Source: Rhina ancylostomus
Taxonomy: Eukaryota
DNA length: 64,000 nucleotides
Direction: 5' to 3'
Assembly (NCBI GenBank): GCA_030265395.1
Contig: JARFYF010000012.1
Location: 30,503,036-30,567,035, forward strand
In this document: in pieces, positions 1 through 12,700 of the stretch
Layout of the letters: each line of letters starts with the position of its first letter
Position numbering within the stretch: the stretch's first letter is position 1
Made by a program: the position numbers and the translations under genes
The notes under the pieces: generated by a model
Told to the model about the DNA's origin: nothing
The model's input: the letters and a program-made list of their open reading frames with translations, nothing else
Database searches by the model: none

Positions 1-688
1 GAGGAAATATGTTATTTCAGTCAGCCAGTATTGGTGGCTGTTGAACTGTCTGCCTAGAAAGGTTGAAGGTGGCAGAAATTTTCACCACATTTAGAAAAAT
101 ATCTGGAGCAGTGCTTCAGGCCTATGGATCAAGAAATCGAAATTGTCTTCAACACAACTGTCCATTTCTGATCAGGAGGGACACAATGGGTCAAATAAAC
201 TCCTCCTATTGCTATAGTTTTAAACTTGTTCTTAAACTAGTCAACTTACAAGGGGTACGTTGAGTCACGGTAAATAACAGCTTGCTATCCAGGAAGTTTT
301 GTGAGCATTTATTTGGATCTTGGCACCAGCACCCCTCATTTATGGTGTCTTTATTCCAAGTGGGTAAGTCAGATACCGTGACAGCTTGCAAGCATTCAGG
401 TGGACAGGATACTGAATGAGGATTGAACGTTGATGAGGAATAATGCATTCAAAAGGAGAGGGGAGGAGGAAATAGAGGCAAAAGTGGAGAAGGCAGATGT
501 CACAATGTTATCTTCATTACTGAGATAGTTAAAGTACCCTCTTCAACACAACTTACAGTGAAGATAACCCAGTGCCTTTCTAGATACACACAGACCAAAG
601 TAAATAAGAGCAGAATGCCAACTGATCCCTCAGCCCCACCTCTCAATACACTGCACAGTTAAAAGTACAACATCAAAGTGTGACTTAC

Positions 689-697
689 CTTAACAGC
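689..697 (-). CDS. MYOF: Candidate 9-nt microexon (AVK), likely equivalent of the human LTEK mini-exon ~39
   Basis: tgatgctgcaaacag|GCTGTTAAG|gtaagt; perfect donor, long AG-free upstream zone with pyrimidine tract. Confidence 0.65.
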
Positions 698-1399
698 CTG
701 TTTGCAGCATCAAATGATTTATCAATACCACATTTGGGAAATAAGAAGAAAGAAAATTAAGTGATCAGAATAGTAAACATTTTCCACAAATTCAAATAGA
801 TAACATGCATTTCTGTGCAGAAAGGAATAATCAATTTTTTTTTCCTGTTCCAAGAGAAAGGGCATCATTATAACTAAACACCATTCCCGCCAAAAGAGTC
901 CTAGAGCATTGGTTTATTACATACCTCATTGGAAAGATTAATCACTAAACAGAATAATTTACACCATTGTATGCCAAACCTTGCACTGCAATGCAATGCA
1001 AATAGGCAATAGATTAACATTTCTAATTTTGGCTAACATTTTTCTACCTTCAAAATTTGGATTCAAGTTTAAATCAAATTGAATAAATAAATGTAGATCT
1101 TTGCATGCAGGTATGTAATAAACATGTACTGGTTAGTACAACCACTAATGAACTGAAAAAGGAAATTCTCCAAGAATACAACCCTATGTGTGATCATGCG
1201 CTGGGTTTTGCCAAGCTGTTTAATGAGCAGAAATTATCACCCAATTTATAGTTCAATTATGACCCCAAAAAATGATATCCCCTCCAATGGTATTTAGGAG
1301 ACTATCTTTCTAAATAATAAAAAAAACAGCCTACACAGTCTTCACTATACTTTTGTTTAAAAACCCACAGCATTATTAGTATGTTGTGTGTTTTCATAC

Positions 1400-1432
1400 C
1401 ATTTGTTTTAATACACAGTCTATGGTACATAC
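1400..1432 (-). CDS. Candidate 33-nt cassette/RS-type exon (VCTIDCVLKQM)
   Basis: tgtcttgtgttcttctcag|GTATGTACC...CAAATG|gtatga; strong acceptor, open in phase 0. Confidence 0.4.
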
Positions 1433-2493
1433 CTGAGAAGAACACAAGACAGACAATCCTGCAGAATTTTTCATATCAATGGATACCATCTTTGATATTT
1501 TTCAGTGCAAGGATTAATAATGCTGTATAGTTTAAGACATCCTTGTTACACTTTTCTAATAGGCTCAATCTACCGACTGTGTAGGCTTGTATAGGAAATA
1601 CTGTCTTTATTGAATCAAAAGATTTTAATTACTGTATGCAAATGAGATTTGGGAGTAGCTTTTCATCTGCTGCAGGAAGAAAACTCTTCAAAAAAAAAAG
1701 TTGTTCACTGCAAAGGAGCAACATCTGCCAATAGCTAGCTTCCTGTGGGACTCCTAACATTATTTCAGAGGGAACTGATGCACTTCAAATGCAAATCTGG
1801 ATTAAAATTTATGAGCACAATATGCAAAACTGTGACTTGCTTTCACTAAAGTAGGATTTACACTCAAAATTAAGTAGATAGGAATTCTTACATGAGAAAC
1901 AGCATCATGAAATAATGAAAGAAAGCAAAAAACAAATACAAACCAGTAACACATTATTCTCTGCTTTACTTCTTTTCATGATGCTTAGTATTTCGTAGGG
2001 GAATATAGAGTGGCTGAATCATCAAGTACTTTGGGTTTCGAAGTTAAGGTAATGGCTCCAAAGCTAAGATGGCTCGAAAACTGATTTCCATAGAGATAGC
2101 AATCTCAGCCAAGGCTGAGATAAGAGCACAAGTGGTCCAATGAGCTGAAGTTTTGAAAATAAAAACAGGCAGTGCTGTCCCTTTCCAATAATCTGCTGGA
2201 AATGTTCTGTTGGTGCTGGACATGAACAGTATCAGGTTCAGCGATAAAATCTCCCACAGTTCCATTACTTCCAGAAATCATCACATGGTGAGAACTATAA
2301 TTTCCCTTTCCCCACTTTGGAACTGTATCCCAAACTACTGGTAACTTCAGATAAGGGGAAGGGAAAATTTCCATGTACTTAGAGTGGAAACAATGAACTG
2401 TTTGAGAGTCAAAATATAGACAGAAGTAGTAAACTTGTATCTTAAATGGAAAAAAAAAGTTATATCAAGCAATTAAAAATTAGTATTCTTAAC

Positions 2494-2508
2494 CTGCAAG
2501 TAGTTTTC
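2494..2508 (-). CDS. Candidate 15-nt microexon (ENYLQ)
   Basis: long T-rich tract, cag|GAAAACTACTTGCAG|gttaag; frame-preserving; upstream GAG trinucleotides compete. Confidence 0.25.
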
Positions 2509-3007
2509 CTGACCTCTCGAGAAGAAAAAAAAAGTTGACTGTCAGATTATGTGACCAAGACCAAAACTCAGAGCAGGTACTAAGGCTAGGACACTGAAGA
2601 TTCCCAACCTGCTAAATCTTTACCAATTAAAAAAAGGTATTGTTATCTTTGGGACTCTTTAAACCATTGATTTTAGCCTTCAGAATATTAAAGTTAAATT
2701 TCTGTACAAGGAAAAATGGGGACCTCTCAAGTTTATCGCAGACACAGTATACCCGATCTTTGGACATGATTTATGGATTAGAATACTAAGTAAACATTGA
2801 CGTTACCTTGATCAAAGAAAACCTTACAAATCATTTCAATTTAGGTATTAAATATTTTCAGAGCATGTTAACTATTGGCAGACTGCTCAAGATAAAATGA
2901 GAGCAGATGGTGGTACTCCCCCTCATGTAACATACAGTGACAGAAAAAAATTCAGTACAAGCCTCCTAAACCTTGAATATTACTAACTTAGTGTTTTCCA
3001 TACATAC

Positions 3008-3064
3008 ATGCAGTGCTGATGTAGTAGTCATTTTGACGACTGCTTTGGTGAAACTGTCTACAAA
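3008..3064 (-). CDS. MYOF: MYOF alternative exon 38a orthologue (57 nt, FVDSFTKAVVKMTTTSALH)
   Basis: ctaactttcag|TTTGTAGAC...CTGCAT|gtatgt; phase 0-0; same 19-aa length, KM and terminal H as recalled mammalian exon 38a (CLSSMSTALSKMASPATVH). Confidence 0.85.
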
Positions 3065-3686
3065 CTGAAAGTTAGAATGCATGAGTGAGTTCCACCTACA
3101 GTGCTTTGACAAGTTAATCTCCTTTACCGACATTCACTCACTTCAATGTGAGTTAACATTTTTCCCTCAAATGTCTTGGATCAGATCCATTTCATTATTT
3201 ATTTAATTTTACAGGTTATATGGCAAGTCCTAGTAAACACAGCAAAAACTGAATCTTAAATAATGGAATACCTTATGCAATCCACTGCACACAGTAAGAA
3301 ATTAAATAGCATCCAGGTCACAGTGTCAAAAACCAAACTGGGATTTGTATTTGAAGTGCTTCATGAACTGGTATTTTAAATTATCCTAAATCGGTCAACA
3401 AATTGTGACGTAACATACATTGAGCTTACCATAGCATTTTTAATGAACAGCACGTGTGCATGGATTACATAGAATTATTAAACATGAACAAATCACATCC
3501 ACTTGCATACTATTTCTTCAATGTTACATCTATTCAATTTACAAGCAGATTTCATCTTGAGTAAATTGACTTGCTGCAGAATATTCAAGTTACTACTTAG
3601 CTTTTGTGGAGAGGGAATTAGGATTTCAAGCCATTCACTTAAAAAAAAATAAAGTTTTGACTGATTCCATGTAAAAAGGATATTAC

Positions 3687-3760
3687 CTGTGATTCCAGGA
3701 GAGGTTTCTGGCTGTCTTCTACATCAATAACACAATCACGAGCATTTGAAAGTAAAGATA
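3687..3760 (-). CDS. MYOF: MYOF exon ~38 (74 nt)
   Basis: [25 protein letters not shown]. Confidence 0.94.
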
Positions 3761-6700
3761 CTGCACAAATTAAGAAAAAAAATCTAAGATTACAGTATAT
3801 TTTAGAAAGCGGTAATGCCATCAAAATATCTAAAACATTTGCATGATGAATTTAAAACTAATCATTAAAATTTAGGAACTAATTTGCATGACTATACTTA
3901 AAAGTAGCCCATATAATTTTTAAAACACATTGGATATGATGCTTTAGAATCCAGATTTTCTATCTGCGTTGAAGCTAATTTTCAAAGGTCGAAATTCCTT
4001 TAGAAAGACATTTGGAAAATACCTTTAGACTGCATTCCAACAGTTTCTTTTTCAGCATAGGCATCAATCCGATATTCTTGCAAAGAATGAATTGTGCATT
4101 GTCCAACCACAGGTTTACGTCCAAACGGCCTGTGGTCAATTACCTTTATGACAATAGGAGGAGTGTACATTTCTTCTTTCGGAAGATACTAGAACCAAGA
4201 CCAGAAATGACGGATCATTTCAGATCCATTCACGTAAATTTTTGTTGATTAATACAATCATTTGTTACAGCATAAATTCAATCTAAGCTTTCAAGTACCA
4301 GTTCAGAAATTATGCATAATATAAATTTTCAATGGTAAACTTACTTTGCAAGATTAACTTCCTTAATCATTCAATGACATGTAAACCGCACAAGACTTGT
4401 TCAGATTGATTAAATCAATTTTACCTTTGATATCCTTCTGTAGAAATATATTTAACTTGTGGACTGGTGTCCAAAACTACCATATTTACAAGATGTGTGA
4501 CTTTAAATATTTCTCTGAAAATTGAAACAATTTGAATTCTCAAATTGCAATGAACAGTAGACTGATCAACAAAAGTTCCAACATCAGTTGGACAAAGCAT
4601 ACCTTTTGTTTTCAAAAAGAAAATCTTAGACAGTGAAATGCATTGATAATGTTAGTGATAATCATATTTTAAAAAAAAAATCAATTTTGATTTTGTTAAC
4701 TTACTTGCTAAAATATTCAAAAGCAGCAATTCTACCTCAATTGCTTTAGCTGCATCTCAAGTAGTACATTACAGAAGGCTAACAAAGCAGTCAAGGCAGG
4801 TATCCTTGCAAGGTCCAACAGGTTAATTATGCCCGAATTTTAAATAGAGTTCAGAGATTCAAGTGCAGAATACTTAGAATATACATATTAATTTTAGCAC
4901 AAATGACATGAATGGCAGTTTACAAATTACACTCCTTGATGTTGCTTTTTTTAAAAAAAATGCAGATCTGGCAGTAGAAGCACCAGGTTTAATCAATTAT
5001 ATAGTCATCCTATTACAGCTGGTACATTGAACTATAAGCAGTGGGAAATCCACTTCATTTGGAGAACTCTGGATTAATTCTACAATGATATAAAGATATT
5101 AGTGCAATTAAATATTTCACAAATTTAGCCTGATAACAACCTAAATGGTCCACTATTGCTCATTATTTCAATAAATGATCAAACAATATTAATTCAACAA
5201 TTTTAAAGTACCAATTGCACAGTATTCTTGAGATGCATAAACATACCACTTTCAAGAAGAGGACAGAGCGGGGAAAATTTGGACATTTTTTAAGGCTCTT
5301 GATCACAGCAGATTCCAAATACTTGTCACCACATTCCACAATGAGACTTGGGGAAGTAACAGCTGCCAGCTGGTAGCTCCTCATGTTCCGTAACCCCCAC
5401 GTTAGAATCTGCAACAACATTCTTGTTAAATAAATCTGCCTTACCATGATTAGTGGACTTGCTCAATCTTTAGTTTGAAGCAGATGGCTTAACCAGTTAA
5501 GTCAAGAAATAGCTTCTTAAAAAGGCACAGATTTTGTGCTGATGTCGACAGCTATAAATGTGCAAAAATGACAGCAACATCTGGGTCTGGATTTGTACAA
5601 TGCAGATCATGGTGTCACTAATAACCTGTTCCTTCATAAACTGGCAACTCCAGCCTTCTATGATGGAACATAGAAGGGGGATCACCTGAATGAGTGATTG
5701 ATAGTTATCTGCTATTCTTGTATTAGAAACGATTGAAGGAAGAAAAGGCTTGCTCATTCAGGTGTAAATGGTGAAATACATCATCATCCCTGGAAAAACT
5801 CAGTAGTCACATTCCCTAAAACTTGATTGAAAAAAATTAAAATTACATTTGTTTTACTCTTATACATTTCCTTTTAGTACCTGTCTTGCTCACATAAAAT
5901 GAACAGATTTTCCGTTTCCCCATTTAAAACCACTTCCTGCTTTGCCATCTGAATATGTTGATGAGGATTCTTCATAGTAATTGTTTTAACATCTTTTCAA
6001 ATACATTTTCTGCTCTTGGGGCATCATGGATGCCCCGCTGAGGCCATCAAATTTCAACTAATACCAGACAAGATTAAATTTCTGGTGACATGCCTGCTAA
6101 AATTTGCAGCCAGGCTGAGTAAAATCAAGAAGTAATTACAATTTAAAAACTACGTACAAAGGAGACTACCATCAGTGAAATGTGTTGTAAAAAGATTTCT
6201 GAATGCATGTAGAAATCCAAAATCATTTCCTTACAAACGAACAACCAAGTTCACATTTGCCCCTTTTAAAAATTAAAGACACTCTGGAGTGGAACAACAC
6301 TGGTTAAATTCAATGTTCTATTTTTTGAAAACATAAGCAGTCAAACTTATTCTGGCTAAAAATTGTCAAGAAATGAGACTTACTTCAATGGCAGTAAGCT
6401 GCACAACTGGTCTGATACCATGAGGCACCATGTACAGTGTACCTGACCGGACTGGAGGAAGAAGTGGTAAATTTGATCCATCAGGCTGTTGAAATGAAAA
6501 AGCAATAAAATGTTCACAAAACCTTTTTTGTTTTTAAAGAAAGGGAAAAGAGCATCACCAGAGTGAAAAAGTTTCAGCACTAAAAAAATATTCAGTATTA
6601 GCAAGATAGTCAGCAGATTTTAACTAGAATTATTCTTGCCTGGAGGAAAAGAAAGCTTCATAGACACAAAAGAGCCAAGAAATGCAGGAAGGTCTGACAG

Positions 6701-9700
6701 TGAAGGGAATAAATTGCAACTTGGATAGAGCCAGTTAGGGGAACTGAAAGCTTCAGTTCAAATGGTAATGGAACAACAAGAAAGACAGCATGGAGGATAA
6801 ACATTGAAGGCATTCCAAGATTGCTTTAAAAAAAAGACGTGCGTCAAGATTGGCCATGTTCAAATAGAAAGATTAAGGTAGGAGAGTTTCAGAAGTTTTC
6901 CTTTGTATCTAGTTCCCAATTAAACAGTACAGATGTTAAACTGGAGCAGAGACCTGAATCTGTAGATTAAAAACAAGATACAAATAGGCAAGCCCTATTT
7001 AATAAGCCGTATTTAAAATTAGTGCAGCAAAGTCAGAGCTCCTTATCCATCCAAGTTAGACATTGAGGAAAAATGCTCTCAAGTTGTATTGGTAAAGTGT
7101 AAAGATAGAGATATATTTACTTTATCTTTCAACATCAGTTCCGCAGCAACAAGGAGCTCCCCAGATTTCTTTGTACCCATCTTTACTGGGTACCAGAGGA
7201 GCTTGGGTGTCACCTCTGCACTGGGATTCAGCTTCACAATTGGAGGACAAAGGCACCTGCCCAAAAATTCATCTTTTCCCTGCACAGAAAATAAATTTAA
7301 CATCTTCCAGTTTTGCTCTATTGACAAGCAGGAACACAGTACGATGAAACAGAACTAAAGCAGCACTCACAACTTGATCTTCATCAAATATTTCAATCAC
7401 CACATTTGGTGGATTTTGAATCAAATTTGCAGGATCACCATAGATATCAATATCATTGAAAATTAGGGTCTGGTCCCAGGTTGGATTGAGGGTAGATTTG
7501 ATGACTTCTGTTGTCTTGCTTTGATGAAGAAATGAAACATGTGCATACGGATCTAAAATAAAATAAAATAGCATAGCTTTGAAATCCTCAAAAAAAGTGA
7601 AAGCGCATGAGGAGCGACTCCACATACTACATCCCTTTGCAATGATCAGTGCACGGAAAGTATCCCCACATCATCCTTATATGCTAGGGCCCTGAACTTT
7701 GGGACATTAGAGATATTTACAATGTGGATTTCAGCACAAAACCAAATCACAGGTCAGATCTCCACTGGTTTTCAAGCTCAGATTCAAGNNNNNNNNNNNN
7801 NNNNNNNNNNNNNNNNNNNNNNNNNNNNNNNNNNNNNNNNNNNNNNNNNNNNNNNNNNNNNNNNNNNNNNNNNNNNNNNNNNNNNNNNTCAAGTTAGAGA
7901 TTAAGAGAATCATTCCCAATGAAGGGAATTCCACCTCAAGTGCTAAATATTTTATCATATTCCATTAAAGGCAGAAATACAGTCTAAATTCATAAAATGC
8001 ATCAACTGAAATCAAAATGATTGGCTATTAAATCAGGGTGATCTGAAAATAAAGCTTAATCTTTATTGATTTACATGCACTACAATCATTACAAGGAATC
8101 ATCCTTGAATTTAGTACTCATGTGCTGCAGAAATGAGTACTGCACACAGCTTCTCAAAGAACAACTACTAATTACAATAGATGCACAACAATTGGTCTCA
8201 GCAGCTCTGGGCAATGAAGAAGGTGTTGAAGGTCAAAAGAGAAGAAAACCAGCACCCTGATCACTATACAGTGACTCATCATCAAGGACAAGGTCATTGA
8301 CAGGAACATCCCCTCACCTCTGAAGTTAAAAGTCCTGCTGACAATTCACTGTTCAAATTGCCCTGAAGAATGGTCACTGAGCTATGACGCCAGAAAGAAA
8401 AAAACCTGAAGCTGATAACTCAAAATGTGGGGCCTAAACATACAGTGAGGCATGGGCTTTTCATAATTTCAACTCTAGGTACACACACTTAAGTGTGAGA
8501 CTGAGAGAAGTGTTGAAAAGCATTTCTGAAATGTTTATACAGTTCTTATAATGACAAAAAAAGTTACTCTTCTCAACAAGGGCCCAAGTTGCACATCGCT
8601 GATAATTCCCACCCAATGTGCTGCCACATTCAACCTTGGAAGAATGGCAGTAAGTTGAAGCCTGATGTGCTACCAGCGTTTACTGTCGCCTGCCAAAAAA
8701 TAAACAGGCTGTTCCCATAAAAGCTGACTGGTGGGTCAGTCAGTTTTGCTATGGATCACGAATCAAATTTTCCAGTCTTCCCTGAGCAAGTTAGGATGGG
8801 AAGAGGGAAAAGGCAGAGAGATAATTGGGAAACTGCTGTTGACTGCACAATATTTCTCCTCAAAAATAAGCCAACTAAAATTTATAGTTATGCAACTATA
8901 GAATATAAGCTGACTAGCAAGTGCTGTCCTCTACCATTTACTACCAGATTCTTAGACACGTCTCACAGCATTTCACTCAACACATGTGCATCACATGTCA
9001 CTGAAAACAAACTTTATATGAACAAGTCAGTTTCTACCTGTTGATATTTATGGTTGCTTCCATCTCAGACATTAAAGGGTTCTGACATTATCTATAGTTC
9101 TTAATCACCTTTATCTGTAGAGCAGGTACTTGCTCAACATGACTATTTCCTGTACAAGCTCTTGTAACCCAATTCCAGTTATTGTTTAGGTCATCTTCAG
9201 GTCAACCTTCAATGACTGACTGCAGAGTTCAAAGAAATTAACTCTTCTTTTGCCAACTACTTTTTGATGCAGCAGAATTTTTTTTTTAAAAAATGGGAGA
9301 ATTTTATATCACGGAAGGCTCGACCAAATTAAAATTCACCTATTTTCTTAGGAAATGAAATTGACACAACCTTAGACAAATGCAACTTCAGAGAGCTGCA
9401 ACAGTCACAGCTGAAACCTGTCAATCAAAATTCAAAACCTAAAACACAATTGGCTTTAAAACTAACTGCACCATTAGCTGGGTGTGTACCTTATTGATGA
9501 ATTTTGTTTGATGTTTCTGTGCAACAACTTGGGATGTTTTCTGCTATATTAAAGCGCACATTTTAAATTCAAATTGTTACTATTATCAGTGGTGTATTTG
9601 GTTCCAGCTTACGATGCTTATTTTGAGACTGTTAGGAAAAAATATAAATCAGCCCAGAAATTTTTGAACACTGGTTAGATGAGTAGAAATGTTATTATTG

Positions 9701-12700
9701 GGTATAGATTATTTACTAAACTATTGGAGTTGTTGTCACAAACTTCATCAGATGAATTCTGACAATCACATACCAGAAAAGCTGTCTTTGTCCATAGCGA
9801 TCATGTTTCTGGCTTGAAAAATATAGCAACGGAGGTGAAAAATTAAAGGCCCTGGAATAGAACAGAATTAACAGAAAGGGTAAGAAATAAAGAACAAGCA
9901 GGAGTGCACCCACTACACAAGCTCCTGTTAAACATATACCATAATCCACGTTCCATCTCCCACCTTACCCAGACATCACAGTGCAAGGCAAGCATTTAAA
10001 TTTTATTCCTATTTGCCCTCAAAGTAGCCCACCTGCCATGTTCTTGCCTAATTGTTTAAGTGATCTAGACATCAGTTTGCAGCCCCTACATTCTCCTTGT
10101 TCCCATAAAGTTGTGTAGTTAGCAAAGATCATTATATCTCTAATAAACATGGCCACTTCACCCAAACCAAGGATTTACATTGTAAATGATCAAGGTCAAT
10201 GGCCAGATTCTTGTAGGACTCCACTAGTTGCATCCAATCTTCCCAAAAAGTTTATTTTCAGTCTATGAACTCATCATTTTAATCCTCATTAATACATTAC
10301 CTCCATGTGGTAATATTCTGTAACAACCTCATGTATAGAACCTTATCAAATTCCTTCCAAGTATGGGGCACCAGTTTCCTTGTTATATAACCAGCTACAT
10401 AAGGTTAACTATGAGAAATCTGGTAGCACATCTGCTACAGAGTCAGAAGGTTAAGGGTTTAAGTCTCACTCCAGTTCCTTGAACGCATCAAAAATTAGAC
10501 TGAACACCTCACGTTATGCCTCCTTAGGAGAGCACTGGCAAAAGGATAAAATGAGACCCTGTCGGTGACATCAGGTGTAATCAAGAGATTTCATAGCACT
10601 TGTTTTGAAGGTCACCACAGAAATTACATTGTCCTGTACTGGGAGAGACAAATATTGAAGACGTTTCCATCTTTGCTTTCAAAGGAACTCTCATTCACTT
10701 TCAATGACTTCTTCCTTTTCACATGCTTGCAAAACCTTACAGTTTATGTATAGTTGTTCATATTTTTTCCCTCATTATTCTTAGTTTTATTCCTAGAATT
10801 TCTCATTCATTAGTTGATCTTTAAAAGTTCTCAATTCTCAGACTTAACACACATTGTAGGTGAGCCGCCTTCCATACAACACAGTCTTTAACTTCTCTAG
10901 ATAGCCATAATACCACTTTTCCAATGGTGTACATTCTACATAAAAGTGCACTTTTAGCTTTATATTGAGAATTATTGCTTAAAATGTTTGCTGTTGACCA
11001 TTACATCTTAATAAAATTTCCTCCATCAACTTAAGCCCATAGAACAGCTTAAATTTATACTCAACTTTACTAAAAATTCTTTAGAAGTACCACCTTGACA
11101 AGAAAGACTTTACTATAACATTAATATTGTCACATAGCACAATAATAGATCTAAAATAGCCTATCCACAGTTGATTTCCTGACTTTTTTTTGTTTATAAC
11201 AGAAAATTGTCTAATTCACGTCCTGAAGTTACCTTCCGAACTACTTCCTCCAGTTTAGTTGCCATATCAAGATGAAAGCTCTCTGGAGTAATTAAACACC
11301 CGAACATCTCCAATTTTCCCAATTTGTATTCTGTCCAACACCAATTACTGTTATGAGTTATCAAACCCAAGTTTCTTGGCCATGATTATTCCATTACTCT
11401 ATCCATACATATTCTACATCCTGATTTTCTGGGCCAATATCCTCATTTCTGTTCCCTTTGTCATTCAGGACCATCTTGGTCCATTTCTATTTTGTCAATC
11501 TTTCAAACTGAACTTGCCTAGAAATGCTTGGCTCCCAAACCTTGCTGTAATGTATCCACATCTCAGTAATGGCTGCAATATCAAAACTTTTATTTCTTAT
11601 TGAGCCATAAATGTATCTATCTGGCTGCAAATACTTACCCATTTACTGTTGTTCTGAGATGCCCCTACTGTTGCAATTAAACTCAACAACAATTCTTAAC
11701 ACAACTCATTTGGATTATACTTGAATCCGTATTCTGGTCTGCAGAATGCACATATCCAGGAGTGAAATTTCCTTTGATCTGCTACCCCCAGCGCGGGGGG
11801 GGGGGGCGCGGCGNNNNNNNNNNNNNNNNNNNNNNNNNNNNNNNNNNNNNNNNNNNNNNNNNNNNNNNNNNNNNNNNNNNNNNNNNNNNNNNNNNNNNNN
11901 NNNNNNNNNNNNNTGCTACCCCCCGCGCCCCCCCCCCCCCCCGCTGCACCCTACACCCCCAGCCAATTATTCAATGTCCTTGGAGACTACCCAATGATAC
12001 TGGTGCAAAAATGCGTCAGACAAGCATTACACTTATGGTTTGAATGCATGACCCAAGCCGAGAGAAGTACTAAGACCACCTTCTGCACAATTACCATCAA
12101 CCCACCCACTCAATCTTACAAAAATTTAAGCAATAGATTCCAACAGTTTTGGAGAATTACTCAAGGCATAACCACTGTTGAAACATTGATTGATGATCTC
12201 TCTATCAACCTAAGCAAATAAATCATGATAGCAATATAAATGGGGATAGAACAACACTAAAATATACACTTTTATCCCTTATCCAGTAGGGTAAATACAG
12301 TGGCTTTAACATGTTGCTACAAATTGGGAAAAACAGCAAGATGGATTGCTGGGAAATGATTCATTGGCCTCAGGGGAGAAGCAAAAAAAAAATACACTGA
12401 TGTCTGAATAACTTGTTAAGCATTAGCTTTTAGTGATTAATTTCATGCAAAGGATCAGCCTGCATTCCCCTTGGCAGTCTATATCGCTATGGCAGGGCAT
12501 TCAGAATTGTAAGATTTCACTTACGGTCAAACACACAGGAGATCATAGGAGCACTTGATCCAAATATAGAATCTGTTGGCGATTTATCACCATCCTCACT
12601 AGAAGATGGAGCCTTAAAAAGAGACAGAAACAAACCATGAGTGACAGGTTTAGGATAATTTATTTTCCTGAGAGTCCCAACTTTACAGCCACAATCAATA

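Noticed and set aside
557-579. 23-nt segment with tag acceptor and gtaagt donor
   Set aside because: Not frame-preserving and no compensating partner is visible in the window.
2044-2374. Overlapping 73- and 89-aa minus-strand ORFs and a 9-bp hairpin (2102-2121)
   Set aside because: No ferlin or other recognisable similarity and no convincing splice-site pair; one short hairpin is expected by chance or from an old repeat.
11779-11945. G-run and C-run arms that look like an inverted repeat or G-quadruplex
   Set aside because: They flank an N-gap and both begin with tgctaccccc; most likely low-quality read ends over one poly-C tract.
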